DNA of 24,000 bases, from the NCBI GenBank assembly GCA_964588605.1, contig CAZPQB010000002.1, positions 59,193 to 83,192 of the forward strand, in the 5' to 3' direction. Shown here piece by piece: positions 8,096 through 14,596 of the stretch (its first letter is position 1; each line of letters opens with the position of its first letter). Source of the stretch: an uncultured Dehalococcoidaceae bacterium (GTDB lineage: Bacteria; Chloroflexota; Dehalococcoidia; Dehalococcoidales; RBG-16-60-22). The translations under genes were made by a program, and so were the position numbers. The notes beneath the pieces are model-generated. The model made no database searches. It was given only the letters and a program-made list of their open reading frames with translations, and was not told the DNA's origin.

Positions 8096-8310
8096 TAAAG
8101 TGCCTTAAGCTGTATCACGTAGAGCGTTATCTTGTACGTTATTAAACACAGCATGACAAATTATAAAATATAAGTGTGACAGTTGTCAAGTATTCTACCA
8201 TTTATTTGCCAAATGTCATTTGTAATTAGTCGCCAGACTATTTTTTGAACATAATGAAGAAAACCATGAAATACTGGATATCCTGCATATAAACCAGGAT
8301 TCAGATAAAA

Positions 8311-8356
8311 ACAAAAAGCCCCGATGATGACTTCATCAAATCAGAGGGCTTTTTAC
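8311..8356 (-). terminator. Putative intrinsic terminator downstream of tRNA-Thr
   Basis: AAAAGCCC (8314-8321) pairs with GGGCTTTT (8346-8353), with an inner GATGA/TCATC stem. On the minus strand the hairpin is followed by TTTTTGT. The GC core is short. Confidence 0.4.
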
Positions 8357-8366
8357 CACCAAATAA

Positions 8367-8441
8367 TGGAGCCAGCGATAGGATTCGAACCTACGACAAG
8401 CGGTTTACGAAACCGCTGCTCTACCACTGAGCTACGCTGGC
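8367..8441 (-). tRNA. tRNA-Thr (anticodon CGU), CCA encoded
   Basis: The reverse complement folds by hand into a 75-nt cloverleaf. Acceptor stem GCCAGCG/CGCTGGC; D arm GCTC-AGTGGTA-GAGC; anticodon arm GCGGT-TTCGTAA-ACCGC; variable loop TTGTC; T arm GTAGG-TTCGAAT-CCTAT; discriminator T plus CCA. Confidence 0.9.
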
Positions 8442-8450
8442 CTAGATACG

Positions 8451-8479
8451 ATTTTAGTCTATTTTCACCGGAAAGTCTA
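8451..8479 (-). promoter_or_regulatory. Candidate promoter for tRNA-Thr
   Basis: Minus strand reads TAGACT, a 17-nt spacer, then TAAAAT. The -10 element ends 9 nt before the mature tRNA 5' end. Confidence 0.35.
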
Positions 8480-8716
8480 TAATTAGCAGTATTTTTCTTA
8501 TTTTTTCATAGAGGAATAGCGCCGGGGCTTCTAGAGAGTGTTTTCATGCCTGGATCCGGCATCATTACGACAATATATGACATGGTGCATGATGCATCAG
8601 GTCTTAGCTTGAAGGAATTGCTTTCAGTATTGGCTACAGACTGTCTAATGACCAAGGTGGTGCATAAAGGGGCGGGTTGAGTAACTGAGCGGAAATTTTG
8701 GCGTGGGTTGAAGCTT

Positions 8717-9097
8717 TTATGTAGCGACTACCGGGGTCTGGTCAACCACCGATGTACTTAATACCGTTATGATGTTATGGTGTTTCTGATAAACCTGTTC
8801 TACCATAGAAAGCTGGCTTAATATAATGCCTAAAGGCATCGGGCTCTGTAATGAGACAACCATCATAAGACCGTCGTGTTCTGACCAATTATACGATGCT
8901 ATCTCCAAGTTTTCGACCATTTTCAGATACTCACTAAATTGGTCTACCTGTTTATAGTCTTCTGATGACTTAATCTTCAGCCGAACTTCACCTTCATAAA
9001 GCTCAGGATCAATAACATTAGCATCTATCTCGGCTTCTTCAGATTTCCCGTTGTTATTATTCACGATTTCTAAACCACTCTTTGAATAAGATTTCAT
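8717..9097 (-). CDS. Hypothetical protein (acidic/Asn-rich N-terminus plus about 80-aa alpha/beta domain)
   Basis: 126-aa ORF in AT-rich DNA. The C-terminal part has an alternating beta-alpha pattern (EGEVRLKIKS...LMMVVSLQSPMPLGIILSQLSMVEQV). I recognise no family and there is no strong Shine-Dalgarno sequence. Confidence 0.5.
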   Translation of the reverse strand: MKSYSKSGLEIVNNNNGKSEEAEIDANVIDPELYEGEVRLKIKSSEDYKQVDQFSEYLKMVENLEIASYNWSEHDGLMMVVSLQSPMPLGIILSQLSMVEQVYQKHHNIITVLSTSVVDQTPVVAT

Positions 9098-9194
9098 TAA
9101 GCGGTGCTCATATTTCTAATTAAAATCGGGGTTATGTTGCCTATGGTCCATAATATTCGTTTATAACACACTAAAGAAACCTGCGGAGTATCTG

Positions 9195-9383
9195 CTAATA
9201 GATAAAATCTCTGGTATAGGAGTATCTTCGGTACTGTCTGAGGTGATGGATAAATCGCTTGATCTCTACAGGTCGCATATAGGTTGACGTTTCCAAGGGG
9301 ATTGGTACGCGTTCCGGGCTATGAAGAGATTCCAGGACTTTATTGAGCGTCGAGTGTAGTGGCACCGATGATAAAGCTTTCAT
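9195..9383 (-). CDS. Hypothetical small basic protein
   Basis: 62-aa ORF with a very strong ribosome-binding site (GGAGGAGGAAAAAAG then ATG). No recognisable domain. Confidence 0.4.
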   Translation of the reverse strand: MKALSSVPLHSTLNKVLESLHSPERVPIPLETSTYMRPVEIKRFIHHLRQYRRYSYTRDFIY

Positions 9384-9569
9384 CTTTTTTCCTCCTCCAC
9401 TAATAGTCCTAGTACTATATTGCCGTCATAGTACTTCGGTAATGATAAACAAAACGTAAATAGCGCAGGATAATATGTAAACATTCTATAAATATTGAAG
9501 TGATGATGAAATTTAAGAAGTATATTGATAGAATGAGAGGGAATGTGCAAATAGGATTAATTCTGGATT

Positions 9570-9908
9570 ATGGCTGAAGTATTAAATATCATTACATTAT
9601 TGGCTGGCATAGTAGCGGGTCTAGTAGGCGGAATCATTATTAACCAGGCACTGATATTTACCGGTGCGGTTCTTGTGTGCATCCCCTTCACGATGAAATT
9701 AATAGACGAGCTACTGGCAAGAAAGCTTGTAGAAGCCTTAATCAAATGCCTCGGTATCACGGCCTTTATAGCTGTTTGTGTCTGGACAGTGGAATCAGGT
9801 AATGAACAGCTTACTACCACTTTTTTTAATAGACCTGTTTTGTGGCTTATTGTCGTTGGTGCCGGTCTTATTCAACTGTTGTGGGTGTTACTCGTTAAAC
9901 CAAAGTAA
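9570..9908 (+). CDS. Small integral membrane protein (about 4 TM segments)
   Basis: 112 aa and almost entirely hydrophobic (LLAGIVAGLVGGIIINQALIFTGAVLVCIPF...VLWLIVVGAGLIQLLWVLLV). No known family recognised and the ribosome-binding site is weak. Confidence 0.5.
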   Translation: MAEVLNIITLLAGIVAGLVGGIIINQALIFTGAVLVCIPFTMKLIDELLARKLVEALIKCLGITAFIAVCVWTVESGNEQLTTTFFNRPVLWLIVVGAGLIQLLWVLLVKPK

Positions 9909-10209
9909 TAATTAACAGATAAAGCGGCCGCACGAATTATAATGCTTTGTTTCAACATTATCTCCTGCTCCCAAGAGTCCAGATGGAGTTAAGACATTTC
10001 CGGGAATTCAGTGCATCTGGGTATTCTCAACATAATCTTATTCGATTCATGCTATGAATAGCTTCTCGATAAAGATTTAATTACTATATATTTATAGCAT
10101 TCCAGTAGTACCACACGGATCTGTTTCGCAAAATATTAAACAATAATGGTCTTTTATCGTCTTTTGTCCTATATATTAAAATTATAATTTGTGCCATTTG
10201 TCAACAAAT

Positions 10210-10238
10210 TTGACAATATTATGTTTATGTAGTATTAT
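10210..10238 (+). promoter_or_regulatory. Near-consensus sigma70-type promoter upstream of the response regulator
   Basis: TTGACA (10210-10215), a 17-nt spacer, then TATTAT (10233-10238). The -35 element is embedded in a perfect inverted repeat, TTGTCAA-caaat-TTGACAA. Confidence 0.5.
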
Positions 10239-10424
10239 TACTTCTGCCAGCTTAATGCACTAATGGAGTAATAAGTCATATTAAGGAGGTGCGCTATATT
10301 AACACCATTTTTCATTCATCCGGGTCATTCATAAAAAAATCGGCACTATAAATGGTCAGATACGTCTGTATGAGACGCCATTGAGAGGTCGTTCATAAAC
10401 TCACAGACAACGGAGAACAAAGCC

Positions 10425-10841
10425 ATGACCAGGAATCGCAAGGCAGAGACGGTACTTATCATAGAGGACGAAACCGAAATCCAGAACTTTGTTTCCCGGG
10501 TGCTGGAACTCGAAGGCTACCGGGTACTTAAGGCAAGTAACGGCAAGACGGGAATGGAAATAATCAGGGAGAATCCTGTATCACTGGTAGTGCTGGACCT
10601 CCGTTTGCCCGGACCCGATGGCTGGTCCATACTACGCGAGATTAAAGGCAATCCATCTTATTCAAATATTCCCGTGGTTGTTCTTACCGCCATAGCCGAG
10701 TCAGCACAGCGGAGGAGGACAATGCGCATGGGTGCTAACCAGTACCTTGTCAAACCACTGAGCGCACACAGCCTGAGCAGAACAATCGCCAGTACTTTGC
10801 ATCAGGGTGGAAGCCACCTTTATAAAGGTGTTTTGAAATAG
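10425..10841 (+). CDS. Single-domain response regulator (CheY-like receiver)
   Basis: 138 aa with VLIIEDE, the phospho-acceptor context LVVLDLRLPGPDG, VVVLTA and YLVKP. It has no output domain, and no histidine kinase lies in the window. Confidence 0.85.
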   Translation: MTRNRKAETVLIIEDETEIQNFVSRVLELEGYRVLKASNGKTGMEIIRENPVSLVVLDLRLPGPDGWSILREIKGNPSYSNIPVVVLTAIAESAQRRRTMRMGANQYLVKPLSAHSLSRTIASTLHQGGSHLYKGVLK

Positions 10842-10885
10842 CAGTGTCCGCCCTATTCAACGGTCATGTTCCGTAAAGATATCGA

Positions 10886-11320
10886 CTATTTTGCCTCTGT
10901 AGGCTTTCTGACATACTGCGCCGTCAGGGCAATATCCATGAACACAATAGGTTTACCAATTCTCTTGAATTCGAGAGGGGTATGCACCATGCCGGCGGGG
11001 ACATATACAAAACACGCTCTGGTGATTACCAGTTTTTCCTGTTCGTCACCACCCCCCAGATATAACCAGATTTCGGCGTCAAAATCATTTACGTTGGTGG
11101 GGTCGCTGCCCTGAAAAGCCAGGAACTGGTCGAAGTCATGCGTGTGAGGTTCGTTTATCATCAGGAATGGAGCTGTCACACAGAACCAGTCCATCCTGTA
11201 GCCGGAATCCCATTCTTTACCCCAGATGTGAAAAGATGGAGCCGTGAGCGCCGGAAAAAGCTTGGTAAAATCCCCGGTAGGCTCATATTTGACGTATTTC
11301 GCAAATTTGCTTTCTGCCAT
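10886..11320 (-). CDS. Cupin-fold protein of unknown function
   Basis: 144 aa with cupin-like metal motifs (NEPHTHDFDQFLAF ... VYVPAGMVHTP). Strong GGAGG ribosome-binding site. Confidence 0.55.
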   Translation of the reverse strand: MAESKFAKYVKYEPTGDFTKLFPALTAPSFHIWGKEWDSGYRMDWFCVTAPFLMINEPHTHDFDQFLAFQGSDPTNVNDFDAEIWLYLGGGDEQEKLVITRACFVYVPAGMVHTPLEFKRIGKPIVFMDIALTAQYVRKPTEAK

Positions 11321-11402
11321 TTCTTATCGCCTCCTTATCAGACATTATCATAAGGTAATAGCTTTAATTGTGTCCAGCCTATCTGAATCATAAGGCAATT
11401 CG

Positions 11403-11594
11403 TTAGTCTCGCCGGGAAATAAATTCTTTGACCCGGCGTTCAAAGACACCTCTCTCAAGGAGAACGCGACGCCCGCATTTAAGGCATTTGATGCCGATAT
11501 CGGCCCCCAGCCTCACCACCTGCCACTCGTAGCCGCCGCAGGGATGTACCCTCTTGAGTCGGACCACATCACCGAGCTTGATTTCAAGTACCAT
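11403..11594 (-). CDS. DUF951 family protein
   Basis: 63 aa: GDVVRLKRVHPCGGYEWQVVRLGADIGIKCLKCGRRVLLER matches the DUF951 (YyzM-like) pattern. Its start is 13 nt after the pyrF stop. Confidence 0.7.
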   Translation of the reverse strand: MVLEIKLGDVVRLKRVHPCGGYEWQVVRLGADIGIKCLKCGRRVLLERGVFERRVKEFISRRD

Positions 11595-11607
11595 ATTTAT
11601 ATTGCCA

Positions 11608-12426
11608 TTACGAAGCAGGATTGGACAGCAAGTGGTTAATCCCGTCCCTCATCTCCAAAGCTGCCTGCCTGGCAGCTAAAGCAAAGTCCTTATCTCTTGA
11701 GGCGTAAAGAATCTGACGCGAGGAATTGATAATAGTCCTCTGTCTCCCGGCATCAACGCCATAGCTAACCACCTGCGATAATCCCCCGCCCTGAGCCCCG
11801 ACGCCGGGTATGAGGAGCGGCATATCCGGATACCTCTGCCGTATTAGTTTCAGTTCCTCGGGGTAGGTAGCCCCGACCACCAGTCCCAGGTTGCCATGAG
11901 TATTCCACTGACTGACTTTCTCAGCGACTATTTCAAAGAGCGCTTTACGGCTACCGTTTACTTCACATGAGAGAGACTGAAAATCAACAGCGCCAGCATT
12001 GGAGGTACGGCATAGGATAAAGACGCCGCGGTCATGGTACTGGATAAAAGGCTCTAAGGAATCAAAACCGAGATAAGGGCTGACCGTGGTAGCATCAAAG
12101 CCGTAATAATCAAAGAGGCTCCGGGCATAGGCTTTCGCCGTATTACCGATATCACCCCGCTTGGCATCTATAATAGCCGGCACACCTACGGGTATATAAT
12201 CTCTCGTACGCTTCAGGGCATCAAGGCCATCATTCCCCAGGGCTTCATAGAAGGCGATATTCGGCTTATAGGCACATACCATGTCGGCAGTGGCATCGAT
12301 AATTGCCTTATTGAATTCAAAAATACCTACCCCATCCGGCATCAACGAGGGGTCGGGGTCGAGGCCGACGCAAAGCAAGCTCTGGTTATCCTGACTGGTC
12401 CGGGCCAGCTTCTCAATAAAATCCAT
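11608..12426 (-). CDS. pyrF: Orotidine 5'-phosphate decarboxylase, type 2
   Basis: 272 aa with SLLCVGLDPDP, the IIDAKRGDIGNT active-site motif, and LLIPGVGAQGG. Confidence 0.85.
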   Translation of the reverse strand: MDFIEKLARTSQDNQSLLCVGLDPDPSLMPDGVGIFEFNKAIIDATADMVCAYKPNIAFYEALGNDGLDALKRTRDYIPVGVPAIIDAKRGDIGNTAKAYARSLFDYYGFDATTVSPYLGFDSLEPFIQYHDRGVFILCRTSNAGAVDFQSLSCEVNGSRKALFEIVAEKVSQWNTHGNLGLVVGATYPEELKLIRQRYPDMPLLIPGVGAQGGGLSQVVSYGVDAGRQRTIINSSRQILYASRDKDFALAARQAALEMRDGINHLLSNPAS

Positions 12427-12452
12427 TCGGTGAATCTCCCCCGATAGCAGCG

Positions 12453-12734
12453 CTAATCGCCAGTTGATAATCTGGAAGCATCATGCTGTGTCGTAAGCGC
12501 CTCCGGAGGGAGCATATTGGCCAGGATTTTTTCCAAGGCCATGGTATGACTGCATAGACCCCAGCTCGAGAAGAAGCTACAGGAACAGTGCCACTTACCA
12601 TCCTTATAGCTGGTATCATAGTCGCTGTTCTCACCGCGGAACTTGACCGATAATTCGTAGAAGGTAACCCTGTCTGTTTCCTGTGCATAGCGCTTGGCTT
12701 TTTCGATTTTACCAATCAGACTTGATTGCATCAT
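12453..12734 (-). CDS. Small SWIM zinc-finger domain protein
   Basis: 93 aa. WHCSCSFFSSWGLCSHTMAL fits the CxCx(n)CxH SWIM signature. GGAGG ribosome-binding site 6 nt upstream. It is the first gene of the SWIM-pyrF-DUF951 string. Confidence 0.65.
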   Translation of the reverse strand: MMQSSLIGKIEKAKRYAQETDRVTFYELSVKFRGENSDYDTSYKDGKWHCSCSFFSSWGLCSHTMALEKILANMLPPEALTTQHDASRLSTGD

Positions 12735-12954
12735 CGTTACCTCCTTGACTCAAAGAGCACTGACTCTAACGAGCACAGTGCCCCAGTTTTGTCGTCGTGA
12801 TGAAGACTCCATAGCCTCACAAACGTATGTCATTCCTCAGTCCTTCATCTCTTACTAAATTCTACTCCCTTTTTTATGATAAGTCTAGCCGTATATATAT
12901 TATTCTTTATTTCATTTGCTGGCTAGCCCTGAGCTACTATAAATGCTTGCACCC

Positions 12955-12983
12955 TTGCTGGTACTTACCAACTACCCTATTAT
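12955..12983 (+). promoter_or_regulatory. Candidate promoter for treT
   Basis: TTGCTG, a 17-nt spacer, then TATTAT, about 95 nt upstream of the treT ATG. Confidence 0.3.
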
Positions 12984-13079
12984 GACTTTAATATCATTAT
13001 TCTGGGCATTCTGTAATCGGAATGAGGAGAGCACAAACACCCTGAATAATATACTACCTGGTAAAGGGGACAGTTCAAT

Positions 13080-14537
13080 ATGACGATCACCGTCAAATCA
13101 CAGGAAGCAAAAAGAAAGTTAAACAGCAGGTTGAAGCCAGATAGAAAGTCTTATGAGGAAAAGCCTGCCTCCCCGGCAGCACACGGAGTCATTTACAGCA
13201 AAAGGCTAGGCTTCTGCCCATTCTCGGTACCACCATTGAAAGACTATAAAGCGATACTGGGAGAAGAGAGAACAGAAAGGCTGCAGAGAGCCGCTGAACG
13301 CCTGAAAGGCCATAAAGTGCTGGAGCTGAACGCTACCGCGCAGGGCGGCGGGGTCGCCGAGATGCTTTACAGCTCCGTTCCCTTCCTCAACAACCTCGGC
13401 GTCGAGACAGACTGGAGAATTATCAGCGGCAACGATGAATTCTTCGAATGTACCAAGGGCCTGCACAATCTGTTGCAGGGCATGAAGGGAAGCTTCACCC
13501 AGGAGATGGAAAGGTCGTATTACTGCACCATTGCCGATTGCGCCCGCAGCAATATCACCGACCATAATCCCGACATCATCATGGTCAATGACCCTCAACC
13601 GCTCGGCCTGGCACGCCACCTCAAGCGGTCGGGCGAAAGCTGGCTCTGGAGATGCCATATAGATATCGAGGAGACACCCATGGATGCCAACCCCGGTCTG
13701 TGGGACTTCATGACCAACTGGATAGAGCCGTTTGATGCCGCTATATTCTCAGCAGCTCATTACGTCGTGACACGCTGGCCCCTACCCAGTTTCATCATCC
13801 CACCCTTTATTGACCCTCTTTCCGAGAAAAACCGTGAGCTGAGCCAGGAAGAGATAGACCAGGTGCTTGCCAAATACGAAATAGACGCCAGAATTCCCAT
13901 CATCGCTCAAATAGGCCGTTTCGACCCATGGAAAGGGCTGGACAGGACAATCGCCACTTTCCGCCACGTGAGGAAAGAACATAAATGCCAGCTCATTCTG
14001 GCTGGCGGCATGGCCTCTGACGACCCCGAAGGTGAAAGGATACTGGCCAGAATTTGTGAAGATACAAAAAATGATGAAGACATCCGCATACTTAACCTCT
14101 CACTGTCAAACCGCCTAGAAAACTGGAGGGAAGTGAACGCACTCCAGCGGTCGGCAACCGTTATCATGCAGCCGTCATCACGGGAGGGATTCGGGCTGGT
14201 CATTACAGAGGCGCTCTGGAAGGCCAAACCTGTTATAGCAGCTAATGTCGGCGCCATTCCGCTTCAGATAAGAGATGGAGACACCGGTTATTTTTACGAG
14301 ACCCCGCATAAAACGGCGCAGAGGGTAATACACCTATTGAAAAACAGGAAATTCGCTGAAACCCTCAGCCAGAGAGCTAAAAACTATGTCGGTGAACACT
14401 TCCTTATGCCAGACCGGATTGCCGATTATCTCATGGCGATGTTCATGAGTATGAGCAGGAACGGTGACCGTTCGATGCCCCGCGACTCTATAATCAGTTT
14501 TCACCCATGGTTCAAGATGAGCAAACGGAGACACTGA
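13080..14537 (+). CDS. treT: Trehalose glycosyltransferring synthase (TreT-like, GT4)
   Basis: 485 aa. Long colinear resemblance, from memory, to archaeal TreT: LKDYKAILGEE, NATAQGGGVAEML, FFECTKGLHNLLQG, WLWRCHID, IPPFIDPLSEKN, RFDPWKG, DDPEG, SSREGFGLVITEALWK. AAGGGG ribosome-binding site before ATG 13080. It has an N-terminal extension of about 50 aa; an alternative TTG start lies at 13236. Confidence 0.75.
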   Translation: MTITVKSQEAKRKLNSRLKPDRKSYEEKPASPAAHGVIYSKRLGFCPFSVPPLKDYKAILGEERTERLQRAAERLKGHKVLELNATAQGGGVAEMLYSSVPFLNNLGVETDWRIISGNDEFFECTKGLHNLLQGMKGSFTQEMERSYYCTIADCARSNITDHNPDIIMVNDPQPLGLARHLKRSGESWLWRCHIDIEETPMDANPGLWDFMTNWIEPFDAAIFSAAHYVVTRWPLPSFIIPPFIDPLSEKNRELSQEEIDQVLAKYEIDARIPIIAQIGRFDPWKGLDRTIATFRHVRKEHKCQLILAGGMASDDPEGERILARICEDTKNDEDIRILNLSLSNRLENWREVNALQRSATVIMQPSSREGFGLVITEALWKAKPVIAANVGAIPLQIRDGDTGYFYETPHKTAQRVIHLLKNRKFAETLSQRAKNYVGEHFLMPDRIADYLMAMFMSMSRNGDRSMPRDSIISFHPWFKMSKRRH

Positions 14538-14558
14538 GAAGCGGGCACTATCGTCTCT

Positions 14559-14587
14559 TTGACAGCAAGCCCCACTAATTTTATAAT
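14559..14587 (+). promoter_or_regulatory. Perfect consensus sigma70 promoter immediately upstream of pfk
   Basis: TTGACA (14559-14564), exactly 17 nt, then TATAAT (14582-14587). The pfk ATG starts only 10 nt after the -10 element, with no Shine-Dalgarno sequence between them. Confidence 0.6.
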
Positions 14588-14596
14588 AACGTTACG

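Noticed and set aside
7812-8441. Genomic island integrated at tRNA-Thr
   Set aside because: There is no integrase or recombinase in the window, and I could find no direct repeat of the tRNA 3' end by eye. The glycan operon downstream of the tRNA may be accessory, but integration cannot be supported from this sequence.
8546-8680. 44-aa plus-strand ORF starting at a GGATCC-centred near-palindrome (8546-8562), and that palindrome as a terminator
   Set aside because: The ORF has no Shine-Dalgarno sequence and no recognisable features. The hairpin has no U-tract in either orientation.
9195-9383. Possibility that the 62-aa ORF is an N-terminal integrase (core-binding domain) fragment marking a tRNA-linked island
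   Set aside because: The resemblance (IKRFIHHLRQ..RYSYTRDF) is weak. No integrase-like sequence continues in any frame downstream. The ORF also sits on the 5' side of the tRNA rather than at its 3' end.
12413-12715. 100-aa ORF overlapping the SWIM gene and the pyrF start
   Set aside because: It lies on the same strand in a different frame from a well-supported SWIM-domain ORF that has a GGAGG ribosome-binding site. Its product is Ser/Arg/Pro-rich and low in complexity, typical of an off-frame artefact.
13206-14534. Several antisense ORFs inside treT (13206-13658, 13782-13982, 13907-14257, 14334-14534)
   Set aside because: These are shadow ORFs opposite a strongly recognisable TreT coding frame. 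They have no ribosome-binding sites and no recognisable motifs.
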